From Polyangiaceae bacterium (lineage in GTDB: Bacteria > Myxococcota_A > Polyangia > Polyangiales > Polyangiaceae), in the NCBI GenBank assembly GCA_965222375.1, contig CBDCTZ010000015.1, positions 192,001 through 256,000 on the forward strand: DNA of 64,000 nt. Direction: 5' to 3'. A program made the translations under genes and the position numbers. Positions 10,344 to 23,677 of the stretch are shown here, in pieces. Position 1 is the first letter of the stretch, and every line of letters begins with the position of its first letter. The notes beneath the pieces were generated by a model. That model was not told the origin of the DNA. It made no database searches and worked only from the letters and a program-made list of their open reading frames with translations.

Positions 10344-12258
10344 CACGAGCTGATGGCGTGGACGACGCTCGAGAGTGGCTCGAGCCTGACCAACTCGGTG
10401 GCTTTGCCATGGGCACCGCGTCGGGCATTCGCACTCGGCGCTACCACTCACTGCTGACAGTAGCGACCACGCCCCCCACTTCGAGGGTGGTGCTGGTTGC
10501 GGGGGTGGAAGCTTGGCTCTTGGAAGAGGACGGCAAGCCCCAGGTCGCGCTTTCGAGTCAGCGCTACGCACCGAACGTCGTGCACCCAGCGGGTCACGAG
10601 CGCATCATCTCCTTCGAGGTGGAACCATGGCCAACGTGGGCGTATCGCGTAGACGACGCGCACAGCGTGCGGCACGAGGTTGTCTGCCACCGACCCTCGG
10701 GGGAGGTCAGCCTTTCTTGGCGGCTGCTTGGGGACTCGGCACGTACCCTCGTCCTTCGTCCGCTGTTGGCGGTGCGCGACTATCACGCCCTGACTCACGA
10801 GAACGCCGACTTCAGGTTCGACGCGAAGGTCGTGGGCGGCAACGTCAGCTGGCATCCGTACGTGAATCGCCCCGCGGTAACCGCTCTCACCACGGGGCGC
10901 TACCGGCACGATCCGCAGTGGTATCGGCAATTTCGTTACGTGCAAGAGCAAGCGCGCGGTCTTGATCACTTGGAAGATCTCGCGTCGCCGGGCTACTTCG
11001 AGTTTCGCCTCGAGGCCGGCGAGAGCGCAGACATGGTCTTGCGCCCGGGGCATGCGCCCTACGGGGACGCCAGTGCGATCGTCGCGGATCAGCGACAGAG
11101 CGAACGCGCGCGCCGGAGTTCTGCGCTCGAGCGAGCGGTAGACGCCTACTTGGTACGGCGCGGCGGCGGGCTCACGGTGGTCGCCGGCTATCCCTGGTTC
11201 ACGGACTGGGGACGCGACACCTTTATCTCCCTGCGAGGGCTCTGCCTTGCCACGGGGCGCGGGGACGCGCGGGCCGATCAAGGCCGTCAGGTGTTGTGCG
11301 CGTGGGCCACGGAGGTCACCGACGGCATGGTGCCCAACCGCTTCACGGATGCCGACACTGCGCCGGAGCTGAACGCCGTCGACGCGTCGCTGTGGTTCGT
11401 CATCGCGGCGGGCGAGGCCCTTGACCGAGGGCACCTGAGCATCAGCGAACACGAATTGTTGCGTAGCGCCGTGCTCGCTGTAGTTGCCGCGTATCGCCGG
11501 GGAGCGCGCTACGGCATCCAATGCGGGGACGACGGCCTGATTGCCGCTGGACAGCCGGGGATTCAGCTCACGTGGATGGACGCCAAGGTGGACGGTCGGG
11601 TGATCACACCGCGGATCGGCAAGCCCGTCGAGATCCAGGCGCTATGGGTCAACGCTCTCATCGTTGCCGAGCGGTTCAAGCCACTTCTGTCCAAGCTGCG
11701 GGAGCTGGCTACGGCGAGCTTCGCCGCACGATTCATCCGCGACAGCGGCGCCCTCTACGACGTTGTCGACGCCGATCACGTTGCGGGCAGGGACGATGCA
11801 AGCTTTCGCCCCAACCAGATCTTCGCGGTGGGCGGCCTGCCCCATTCGCTCTTGGAGGGCGAAAGCGCGCGCCGGGTGGTGGACCAGGTGGAGGAGCGCT
11901 TGTGGACCCCTTGCGGATTGCGCTCCCTCGACCCGGCAGATGTGCGCTATCGCGCTCACTACGAGGGTGACGTGGTGGAGCGCGATGAATCGTATCACCA
12001 AGGCACGGTGTGGCCGTGGCTCGCGGGCGCCTTCGTCGAGGCATGGCTTCGGGTGCGTGGCTCCGACGCTGCGGCACGAGCTGAAGCACGGCGTCGCTTC
12101 TACGAGCCCATGGTGAAACAACTCTGCGCCGCCGGGCTCGGCCATGTTTCGGAGATCGCCGACGGCGATGCGCCCCACACCCTTCGGGGTGCGCCATTTC
12201 AAGCTTGGTCCCTCGCTGAGTTACTGCGGATCCGATCCCTATTGGGAGGCACCGACTG

Positions 12259-12259
<1 letters not shown>
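10340..12259 (+). CDS. glycogen debranching enzyme (amylo-alpha-1,6-glucosidase)
   Basis: [57 protein letters not shown] overlap with ppgK. Confidence 0.95.
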
Positions 12260-14913
<2,654 letters not shown>

Positions 14914-14944
14914 GGAGCGTTTCGAGCGGCGTAGATGGCCCACA

Positions 14945-16057
14945 CTAGAAACAACACACCGTTGTCGGATCCGTGGGCGTCGCTTTGCCGATGAGCTGCG
15001 TATTCGTCGACACACTGCAGGAGCCGGAGATTTTGGTGGGCGTGGTCACCTTGAACGAATTGATGTTCAGGTTATGCGTGCAGACCGGCTTCGTATTCGT
15101 CACGGTCACGGACGACCCCTGGTTCGTCGTGCAGTTCGTTGATTGATATCGCTCCAAGTTCGTCCGGCAGGAAAAGCCCGATGGATTGCAGGAGCATGAA
15201 CTGCAGTTGCGCGTGTCGGTGTAGTTTTCGTAGTAGACGCTCCGGTTCTTGTAGCCGGTTGGACAGAGGTGGTCCCCTTTGCGGTAGACACACAGCCCGG
15301 CAAAACCGGTCGGCGCGTCGGGCACGCAGATCTGGCCGGCGGTGCAGCCGCCGGCGTCTTTGCCGCCACCGCAGAGCTTTACGTCGCTCGCCCAGCTGGG
15401 CGTGGGGATGGTCTTGTTCACCGTCTCGTTGGAACAGGACGCGGTCACACTGATGCGAACTTGTTTGTCCAGCGCGTTGTTGGTGAGCTGGCATTCGGTG
15501 ACTGGCGTGATGTTTTCCAGATACGTCGCGAACCCGCCGCAGGAATTCGAGGTGTAGTCGTAGTACGTGACGGCCCCGCACGTGACCGTCGTAGCGCCGC
15601 AATTGCAGACGCAACTGGCATTGCCGGGGATGAACGTGGCTTTCAGGTCAGCGAGGGAAGTGCCATATGCGGCCGGGCATTTCGCGCTCGCGTTGTTGCC
15701 CACGGTTACCGGCCCACTCCACCCGGCGGGCGCGATGGGTACGCATTTGTTTCCGCTGATGCATCCGCCCGCGCCCGCGCTTCCCGCCGAGCCCGCGCTG
15801 CCAGCAGAACCCGCACTCCCCGCACTCCCAGCTGCACCAGCGCTGGAGCCCGCAGACCCCGCGTTGCCACCTGTCGCGCTGCTGCCACCGGACCCTGCCG
15901 ACCCGCTCGAACCGCCGGTCGCGCTGCTCCCTCCGCTGGAGCCTGCATCATCGCCGCCGGTACCGGGGGTGAACGACCGCTCGTCGCCGCCGCTGCAAGC
16001 GACGGCGAATTGCAGACTCAAAGCCAGACTCAGAAGCGAAGCGCGCGAACAACCCAT
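14945..16057 (-). CDS. Cys-rich lipoprotein
   Basis: AVAC lipobox, GSA repeats, CVPIAPAGWSGP...PTTVCC domain. Confidence 0.85.
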   Translation of the reverse strand: MGCSRASLLSLALSLQFAVACSGGDERSFTPGTGGDDAGSSGGSSATGGSSGSAGSGGSSATGGNAGSAGSSAGAAGSAGSAGSAGSAGSAGSAGAGGCISGNKCVPIAPAGWSGPVTVGNNASAKCPAAYGTSLADLKATFIPGNASCVCNCGATTVTCGAVTYYDYTSNSCGGFATYLENITPVTECQLTNNALDKQVRISVTASCSNETVNKTIPTPSWASDVKLCGGGKDAGGCTAGQICVPDAPTGFAGLCVYRKGDHLCPTGYKNRSVYYENYTDTRNCSSCSCNPSGFSCRTNLERYQSTNCTTNQGSSVTVTNTKPVCTHNLNINSFKVTTPTKISGSCSVSTNTQLIGKATPTDPTTVCCF

Positions 16058-16087
16058 ACCTCTTGGGTACGCCTCAGGCTGCGTTCA

Positions 16088-16122
16088 GTCAAGGTAGACG
16101 AAGGCCGCACCTGCCCTTACAT
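16088..16122 (-). promoter_or_regulatory. 35-bp upstream element, copy 1 (possible ECF-type promoter TGTAAG-N16-GTCTAC)
   Basis: 31/35 identical to 16367-16401; 30 bp upstream of ATG 16057; promoter role is inference. Confidence 0.45.
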
Positions 16123-16168
16123 GAGGTATCTAGCGCTTCAGAGAAGCCTGGAACGACGCGCACCCGCG

Positions 16169-16315
16169 TCAGCGGCAGCACACCGTCGTCGGAACCGTCG
16201 GCGTTGCCTTGCCCGTGAGCTGGGTGTTCGTGGTCACGCCGCATGTGCCAGGGACCTTGGTGATCGAACTCATCTTGAACCTGTTGATCAACAAGTTGTG
16301 GGTGCAGCGTGGCTT
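16169..16315 (-). pseudogene. orphan C-terminal remnant of a paralog of 14945-16057
   Basis: 33/48 aa identical to the C-terminus of the downstream gene, ending PTTVCCR-stop. Confidence 0.9.
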
Positions 16316-16366
16316 CCCGTCGCGCTGCTCCCGCCGGCTCTTTGAGGTACGCCCCGGCTCCAAACG

Positions 16367-16401
16367 GTCAAGGTGAACCAAGGCCACACCTGCCCTTACA
16401 T
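16367..16401 (-). repeat. 35-bp upstream element, copy 2
   Basis: gtcaaggtgaaccaaggccacacctgcccttacat. Confidence 0.85.
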
Positions 16402-16460
16402 CCGGACGTTTTTCGCGGAGCACTGCGACTTGAGGCAGGGAGCTGGCTCATAGCAGCGTC

Positions 16461-17924
16461 ATGCTTTCGAGAGCCCGAACTCCCCTGCCCTTGCCCTTGT
16501 TTTTCGCGGCGCTGTTCGCTTGCGCCGGAACCGCCGGCTGCTCCGGGGGGTCCGGAGATGGTGGTGGCGTGGGGTCGAGCGGCGCAGCGGGCTTTGGTGC
16601 CTTTGGCGGATTCGGCGCAGCAAGTTCGGGCGGATCGAGCAGCGGCGGATTCGGCGCCGGTGGGCTGACGACCGGTGGTGCCGCCGGCTCCACCGGGGGA
16701 AGTGCGGGCTCCGGCAACGCTTCCGGGTCGGGAGGCGTTGGCGCAGCAGGCTCAGGCGGCACCGCAGCTTCGGGGGCCACGGGTGGCGCGAGCGGCTCAG
16801 GCGCCACTGCGGGAACCGGTGGCACGAGCGGCTCAGGCGGCACGTCAGGTGCGAGTGGCTCCGGCAGCACCTCAGGTACGGCGGGCACCGGCGCGACCGC
16901 AGGCACGGGTGGCACCGCCGGCTCCGGTGGCAGCGGCGGCACCAACCCGGCCATCACCGAGCTCAGCGATCCGAATCGCCCGTCGCTGAGCTACGAGTGC
17001 ACCGGCACGCCGCTGACCGCGGCCGAGATCGTCAAGCTCTTCAGCCCCGGTCTCGGTTGGCTCCCTCTCGGTCTCGATAGCGTCATGACCACCGTCCAGG
17101 TCTCCCGCAGCTGCGCCCCGCTCACTGGCTGCAGCGCGTGGACGTCGAAGAGCACCTCGAGCAAAGTGCTCGCGCACGCCTACTACTTCTCCGCCAAGAC
17201 CACCGCGTCGTTGATGGCAACCAAATACGATTCGTACTGGGGCAAGTTCAACGGAGGCGACGTGGTTCCCGTCAGCAGCGGGGACATCTTTCTGGTCAAC
17301 GACCAGTACGAACGCCCCATGCGAGCGCGACTCACTCGCTTGACTAATGGCGACATCTGCGTCTCCGCCGCGACCACCGTGAACACCTTCGGCTCCAAGG
17401 AAGACTTCATCGTCGGCAAGGGCATCGTGGCACCCCCGCCAGCTGGGTCCGCTCTCGGCGCCAAGCCGAGCTTGCCCCAAAGCGGCAAGTGCACGCCCGG
17501 AGAACCGAGCACGCAGAAGCTCGCCTCGAGCTGGTTTCCACCAGGCACATCCAACTTGAACCTGGTCGGCGAGCCTTCATTCTGCGATTCGAGCTACCGC
17601 TACTGCCACCCCGTCACCGGCTGTTCGGTCTGGACCAACGCGACGTGTTCCAGCTCACCCAAAGTGACCGGCCTGCGGGTCGCCAGCAGCGGAACCGAGC
17701 TCGAGGCGCACCTGGTGCAATCCAGCACCCACCGCTACCCCACCATCAGCGGCGGCGCCTACACGCAAGCGTTCAACAGCTGGAACGTCAGCGGCTCCAT
17801 CAACCTGAACTGCATCTCCTGGGCCGGCGCCAGGAGCACAAACCAGTCTCATCCCGGCTCTGGTTTCACCTACGAGCGAGGCACGACGCACTTCGAAAAC
17901 GCGGGTCGCATCGATCGGCCGTAG
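16461..17924 (+). CDS. lipoprotein with long Gly/Ser/Thr linker and internally duplicated domain
   Basis: Lipobox; repeated motif CAPLTGCSAW / CHPVTGCSVW. Confidence 0.8.
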   Translation: MLSRARTPLPLPLFFAALFACAGTAGCSGGSGDGGGVGSSGAAGFGAFGGFGAASSGGSSSGGFGAGGLTTGGAAGSTGGSAGSGNASGSGGVGAAGSGGTAASGATGGASGSGATAGTGGTSGSGGTSGASGSGSTSGTAGTGATAGTGGTAGSGGSGGTNPAITELSDPNRPSLSYECTGTPLTAAEIVKLFSPGLGWLPLGLDSVMTTVQVSRSCAPLTGCSAWTSKSTSSKVLAHAYYFSAKTTASLMATKYDSYWGKFNGGDVVPVSSGDIFLVNDQYERPMRARLTRLTNGDICVSAATTVNTFGSKEDFIVGKGIVAPPPAGSALGAKPSLPQSGKCTPGEPSTQKLASSWFPPGTSNLNLVGEPSFCDSSYRYCHPVTGCSVWTNATCSSSPKVTGLRVASSGTELEAHLVQSSTHRYPTISGGAYTQAFNSWNVSGSINLNCISWAGARSTNQSHPGSGFTYERGTTHFENAGRIDRP

Positions 17925-18104
17925 GGCGGCGGCTTCGAGTCCCGTCCGCCCCGCAACGATTTCAACTTCCAGGCCTCGTGACACTTGTTCCCCGAGTTGT
18001 AATTCGATGTAATTCGCGCGTGTGAGTTGGCGCCACTAAGCCGAGTCTACGGAGCGCTTTGGCTCGACCCTGGACAGTCAGGTCCAGCCCAAAGGGAGAC
18101 CGGT

Positions 18105-18836
18105 ATGACACAAAGAGGTGGCGCAATCTTGCGGTGGCGTAGCCTGCTGTCGCTTCCGCTTGCCGGCATGATGCTGGCCACCTTGATAGCGTGCAACTCG
18201 AGTGGTGGCGGAGGTGGTTTCGGCGCGGCGGCAGGTGCCGGCGGGGGAGGCGGTTTTGGAAGCACCGGTTCTGGTGGCGGAGCGGCCACAGGTACGAGCC
18301 TGGAACCGCTCTGTGACAGCATCTGCGCTAACGAGGAATCTGCAACCTGTGCAAACACCACAAGCCGCGCGGATTGCGTTTCGTCCTGCACGAACGACTA
18401 CGACGGGCGGGGACCTGCGAAGTTCTCTGCTTGTCCTCAGCAAATGGCGGCCGTGGCGTCGTGTTGGACGAAGCAAACCCCGGTGTGCTCGCCGCAGGGG
18501 TACCCCGAGTACGGGAACTATGGCGTCTGTGCCGCACAGGACTATGCCCTCGCGGCCTGCCTTTCCTGTGCGCCGGTCGGCGGCCACGGGCCATGCAACG
18601 ACTGCCTGGCGAAGTTCTGTTGTCAGCAAACCTCGAAGTATTACTCCGACCCAGATGCGCCAGCGTTCGAGGATTGCGACGTTGCATGTGACGACGACGC
18701 GTGCCGGGCGCTCTGTGACAAGACCTATCCGACCGCGAGTGCAAGCTGGAACGCCGTGATGGACTGCTCTGCAAAGGAGTGTTCGTCTGGCGACACCTGC
18801 CGGCCCTTCGCGGAGTGCTGGCCGAATTGCCCCTAG
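18105..18836 (+). CDS. Cys-rich lipoprotein
   Basis: LIAC lipobox, CxxxC helical Cys repeats; GGGAGA upstream. Confidence 0.8.
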   Translation: MTQRGGAILRWRSLLSLPLAGMMLATLIACNSSGGGGGFGAAAGAGGGGGFGSTGSGGGAATGTSLEPLCDSICANEESATCANTTSRADCVSSCTNDYDGRGPAKFSACPQQMAAVASCWTKQTPVCSPQGYPEYGNYGVCAAQDYALAACLSCAPVGGHGPCNDCLAKFCCQQTSKYYSDPDAPAFEDCDVACDDDACRALCDKTYPTASASWNAVMDCSAKECSSGDTCRPFAECWPNCP

Positions 18837-19116
18837 CTCACCGCGCCAAGACTGCCGCCTTCGCCACCCGGCGGCGAAGAGCATAGCAGCGGCGAGCAGC
18901 GCGCTTGGTAGTGCCTTGCTCGCTGCGCTAGTGCTCTTCGGCGCCGGGTAGCGTCGTCGCCGCGCGCATGACTCCCCCCACGGCTGCGCGACGCCGCTCT
19001 CAGACGGGTAGGCCCCAACTTGCAACGCCTCGCGCTGCAGAAGCCTACTAGTAGTCGAAGATAGGCGTCAGATGGGCATCTCTCGACCCTGGACGCGAGT
19101 TTGGTAGACTTCTCAA

Positions 19117-19701
19117 GTGAGTGAGCCTGCAAAGAAACGAGCCCGTTACGCGGACTTGCTTGCGGCACCGGCGCATCGGGTCGCGGAGATCATCAATGGC
19201 GAACTCAAGACGTCGCCGCGACCTGCCATGCAACACGCTGCCGCGGCGTCTGTTCTGGGTGAAGAGCTCGGACCGCCTTTCAAACGCGGCCGCAATGGTC
19301 CCGGTGGGTGGATCAGCGTGGACGAACCGGAGCTCCACTTGGGCGACGACATTCTGGTGCCAGATTTGGCTGGCTGGCGCCGCACTCGCCTACCCAAACT
19401 GCCAAACGCGCCGTTCGTGACGCTCGCGCCCGACTGGGTATGTGAAGTTCTGTCACCCTCCACGGAGCGTATTGATCGAGCCAAAAAGATCCCCATCTAC
19501 GCGCGTGAAGCCGTCAGCCACATTTGGTTGCTCAACCCGGCCGCGCGCCTGCTCGAAGTTCTGCGCCGGGAAGGTAGTCACTGGCTCAATGTTGGTACAC
19601 ATGAAGACGCCGCGCGGGTTCGTGCCGAACCCTTCGAGGCGTTTGAACTCGACCTTTCCTTGCTCTGGGCGGACGTGGAGACGGCACCGAACTCTGCCTA
19701 G
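19117..19701 (+). CDS. Uma2 (DUF820) family endonuclease-like protein
   Basis: AEIINGEL..SPRP, EPELHLGDDILVPDLAGWR, PDWVCEVLSPST, K..IYAREAVSHIWL. Confidence 0.93.
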   Translation: MSEPAKKRARYADLLAAPAHRVAEIINGELKTSPRPAMQHAAAASVLGEELGPPFKRGRNGPGGWISVDEPELHLGDDILVPDLAGWRRTRLPKLPNAPFVTLAPDWVCEVLSPSTERIDRAKKIPIYAREAVSHIWLLNPAARLLEVLRREGSHWLNVGTHEDAARVRAEPFEAFELDLSLLWADVETAPNSA

Positions 19702-19734
19702 GACGACGCCCGAAACCACTTGTCAACGGTTTGG

Positions 19735-19794
19735 CTACTCTTTGAGCAACTACTGCACCAGCGCGACGGATTCTTCGACGTTGAAGAAGTTGCG
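19735..19794 (-). pseudogene. decayed copy of the 3' end of the redoxin/selenoprotein gene
   Basis: RNFFNVEESVALVQ*LLKE* vs RNSFNVEETDALVQQLLKE* at 27660-27719; 47/60 nt identical. Confidence 0.85.
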
Positions 19795-19945
19795 AGCAGA
19801 TGACCAGCTGCTCCCTTCGACAGAGGCTCGCTGGTCGCACTGCGCCAACGGGGGCAAGCGGGCTCGGCAGCAGCGGAGCTGGACGCCTGGGACGGTTGTC
19901 TTCGGAGCTGGCGTCATGGTCAGCGGAATGCAACGGTGATACTCG

Positions 19946-20905
19946 ATGCTACGCGTACTGCTCCAAGTGTGTGTGTTGTGGGCGGCTGCTGCGAGCTGTC
20001 CGAGCTGTTCGCCGAAAGCGACAAAGCCGACCAATGGTGTCCACACAACGGGGACGGCAATCGCACCACCGCCGGCTTCGGTGCAGCGTCCAACTCCACT
20101 TGCCAGCCCCGCGGCGCTCCCGGCTGGGCCACCTCTGCGATGGGGCGAGCCGGCCTGCATCGTCTTCAATCCGGTGACCGAAACGTACGCTTGCCTGGAC
20201 TTCGGTGCCAACGCGGACAACGCCGACCCGATGAGCCCCGGCGTCTTCGACTGGGCGACCTGGACCATAAACAACCCAGGCGGTGGTGCATGGAGCGTGG
20301 AGAAGGGAATCGCGTTCGCGAGCTTCACCGAAGGTGGGCAACGAGCGCCCATCATCGTCTTGCACAAGCCCTATGACACGACGAAAGCCGTGCGTACCGG
20401 AACCAATGACGCCACCGTATTGGCCGAGCTCGAGCGCCTCGGGTTCAAGCCCGTCGTTCTCGCCTCTGGGCAGTTACCCAGGGAAGGACGATGGGTGGAG
20501 TTTGCCGACGTGTGGCTTCGTTTCGAGAGCTGGTCCCGTGAAGGTGATGCGAGCTTCAGTTATCACGCGACGCTCGACATGCGCTGCACGGCAACCCGCG
20601 AGCCAGTTCCCCTGTTCAAGGACGGCGACGACATGCGCGGCTATGCGGCCTGGGCATTTGCCGCCCCGCGAGCGCGCGGCCTTGTGGTAACAACGGTCGG
20701 AGTTGGAGGCGGTGAGGGCTCTGGTGGGTTCGGCACCAGGCATACTTTGGTGGATGTGCGGGGCCTCTGCGGGCATCGCCTGCCGGACACCATTTCGGGA
20801 CGTACCGCGCGCTCGAGCGCGCTCGAGCGAAATGGCGCTCAGCGTGCTCGTCCACGCAGCGCCCGGGAAAGCTCGTCACCTCCCGACTGGGCGCGGCGGC
20901 CTTGA
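19946..20905 (+). CDS. hypothetical exported protein/lipoprotein
   Basis: Signal-like N-terminus with Cys, Pro linker; last ~45 aa look like read-through into scar sequence. Confidence 0.65.
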   Translation: MLRVLLQVCVLWAAAASCPSCSPKATKPTNGVHTTGTAIAPPPASVQRPTPLASPAALPAGPPLRWGEPACIVFNPVTETYACLDFGANADNADPMSPGVFDWATWTINNPGGGAWSVEKGIAFASFTEGGQRAPIIVLHKPYDTTKAVRTGTNDATVLAELERLGFKPVVLASGQLPREGRWVEFADVWLRFESWSREGDASFSYHATLDMRCTATREPVPLFKDGDDMRGYAAWAFAAPRARGLVVTTVGVGGGEGSGGFGTRHTLVDVRGLCGHRLPDTISGRTARSSALERNGAQRARPRSARESSSPPDWARRP

Positions 20906-21029
20906 TCACGCTGCCATCGTCGAGATGGAGCGCGCGCGAGCGAACTGATACAATAATCGTGCGAGCAGCCCCAATCGGTTCGACCGCAGCTCCGCTTTCA
21001 CAGCGCGACCCAGGCGCCACCCCGTTCTA

Positions 21030-21580
21030 GCGGACGCAATCGAGTTTCCGGTGATTCCGTAATAGTCCAAGTGACCTTTCAACTTCTTCCTCAGCATCTC
21101 GCACTGCTCTTGAATTGGGTAGTGTCGGCAGCGTTGGTACCACTTGTTGATGCGCGCTAGCGCACGGCTCAAACGGTCCTTGGCGGTCTTCTGCTTCACC
21201 ACCCAGTTGCCCTTCCGGGATTTCGCCCAGAAGTGCGTGAAGCCGAGCAGGTCAAAACTGCCTGGACGTCCGCCACCTTCATCAGGTGGGCGTCGGTCCG
21301 GTCGGCGGAATTCAACCAACCTCGACTTGTCCGGGTGCATCGTCAGGCCGTACTTTTCGAATCGCTTCGGCAGTACTGCCATGACGCGGCGCGCATCTTC
21401 CTCGCGCGAAAACATCATAGCGACGTCAGCCATTGCGATGGCTCGCCGCAAGACCTTGTCCTCAAACGTCGGAATGCCGATGGCTCGCATCTGCTTTCCG
21501 GCCGCCTTCGGAATTTGGACTCGCCGCACAGGTGGTGCTCGGTACGTCCCGGACCTCGCTCGGTCGAGCAACGACTGGAA
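21030..21580 (-). mobile_element. group II intron reverse transcriptase/maturase remnant (truncated, internally deleted)
   Basis: SGTYRAPPVRRVQIPK, RAIGIPTFEDKVL, YGLTMHPDKSRL, SFDLLGFTHFW, LKGHLDYYGITGN; no YADD. Confidence 0.92.
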
Positions 21581-23549
21581 CTGCGAGCTGTCCTTGGGGG
21601 AACCCACCGGCGCCGACGCCGGTGATGGCAGCAGCTGTGTCAGCGGTGTCACTTTGAAGTCCGGCAAGTGCTTGCCGAAGCCACCGACCTGCCCGACGGG
21701 CCAGCCACCCGGAGATCCACCCACCTGCCTGACCGAATGCATCTTCAAGCCACCCAGCACCAAGTTCTCGCCCACGATAAAGTACTCGTGGGGCGGCCAG
21801 CTCGTGGCGCCTTTTGCCACGGACGTGATGATGACGCCCATAGTGGTGCAGCTCGACGACGATGATTGCGATGGCAAGATCACCGATCGCGACATTCCGG
21901 AGATCATCTTCTCGACCTTCTCCAACGGCAAGTACGAGACGGGTGGCGCCCTGCACGCCATCAGCGTCGTCAATGGCGTAGTCGTCGACAAGTGGACTTA
22001 TCCGAACGTCCTGAACCCGACCAAGCACTTGGCCGGCGGCAACTTCGATGGAAAGCCCGGCAACGAGATCGTCGGCTGCGGCCAAGACGGCAAGGTGCAC
22101 GCCGTTACGGGCGACGGCAAGAAGCTCTGGGAGAGCACGGTGATGCCGTGCTTCATGCCTTCCCTTGCCGACCTCGATCAAGACGGCGACGTCGAAGTGG
22201 TCGTCGAAGGCGGGATCCTCGACGGCGCCACCGGCAAGATGGAGCACCCCTACTCCACTCCGCTGGCTAGCTCCCTCGTGGTCAGTGACATCAACGGCGA
22301 CGGCAAGCTCGATGTGGTTACGGGCTCCCAAGCGTTTGACGCTTCCGGACAGCTCTTCGTCGACACAGGCCTCGCGAACACCTCGCAGTTCCCCGACGAC
22401 TCGGATTGGAAGAGCCCTTGGCCGGCGGTGGCTGACTTCGACGCCGACGGCAAACCCGAAATCGTCGTGATGCACAACCTCGACCGACAGCTCAGCGTGT
22501 GGCGCTATGACGCGAGCAAGCCATCGAAGTTCACGGTAGTTCGGACGCCCATCGACATCAACGGCAACATCCCGAGCTCCGCATGCCCCGGTGGCACTTG
22601 GGGCAATACCCACGGCGGCGGTCCGCCCACCATTGCCGACTTCAACGGCGACAAGGTGCCCGACGTCGCCTTGGCTGGCGGCGTCGGCTACGTAGTCTTC
22701 GATGGCAAGAAGCTAGTCGATTCCACGGTCGCTGGCGTGGACACCATCTTGTGGCTCAAACCGACCACGGACTGCTCCAGCGCATCCACGGGCAGTACCG
22801 TCTTCGACTTCAACGGCGACGGGATCGCCGAGGTCGTCTACTCAGACGAGCTGAAGCTGCGCAACTACGACGGCCCCAGTGGGAACATCTTGTTCGAAAC
22901 CTGCAACACCACCGCCACGTTGATCGAAAACCCCGTGGTCGCCGACGTCGACAACGACGGTCATGCAGATGTGGTGGCCGTCTCAAACGCCTACGGCAAG
23001 ACCTGCCCCGACGATAGCTCCAAGCAAGCCGGCATCCGCATCTTCGGTGACACCGCTGGCAATTGGGTGCGCACCCGACGAGTGTGGAACGAACATGCCT
23101 ACCACGTGACCAACGTCGACGAAGACGGCTCCATCCCGACCATCGAGGCAGCGAACTTCAGCTCAAAGGGTCTGAACAACTTCCGCCAGAACAAACAACC
23201 GGGCAGCGAGTTCGCCGCCCCCGACGCCGTCATCTCGATCGCCCCCCAGTGCAGCGGCCCTTACGGACTGGTCGCCACGGTCACCAACATCGGCGAAGCC
23301 GCTTTGCCCGCTGGCGTCGAAGTCGGCTTCTACAATTCGCCCAATACCAAACTCGGCTCCGGCGCAACTACCAAGCCCCTTTACTCTCTCGAGTCCGAGA
23401 AGGTGTTCCTGCCCTTGGCTAGCCAACTCGCCGCCACGGTGTTCGCCCGGGTCGACGACACCACCACGCCGCATCCGGACTGGACCGAGTGCCGCACCGA
23501 CAACAACGAATCCCAGGCGGTCAACCCGAGCTGCAACATCCCGCGCTGA
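21581..23549 (+). pseudogene. FG-GAP/VCBS repeat protein lacking its N-terminus
   Basis: Six or more D-x-D/N-x-D-G-x-x-D/E repeats, WNEHAYHVTNV, CARDB-like end; no signal peptide; 5' end abuts the RT remnant. Confidence 0.8.
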
Positions 23550-23677
23550 AAAAAAGGGTTCGTCGAGTCTGCTGGGTTTGGGGGGTCGTACCCCTTCGGG
23601 TATCACGAAGCGCGTCGTCGCTGCCGCAATCCGGGCCACGACTCTCGCGGGGGGCCAGGCAGGTGCTACTGTGCCTC

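Noticed and set aside
19117..19701. Uma2 gene as a defence or mobility system
   Set aside because: Standalone family common in myxobacteria; no methylase, integrase or partner genes nearby
14945..21580. Diversity-generating retroelement (repeat pair 14945-15091/16169-16315 plus nearby RT)
   Set aside because: Mismatches are not adenine-specific and many are synonymous; identity is only ~71%; the RT is group II type and lacks YADD
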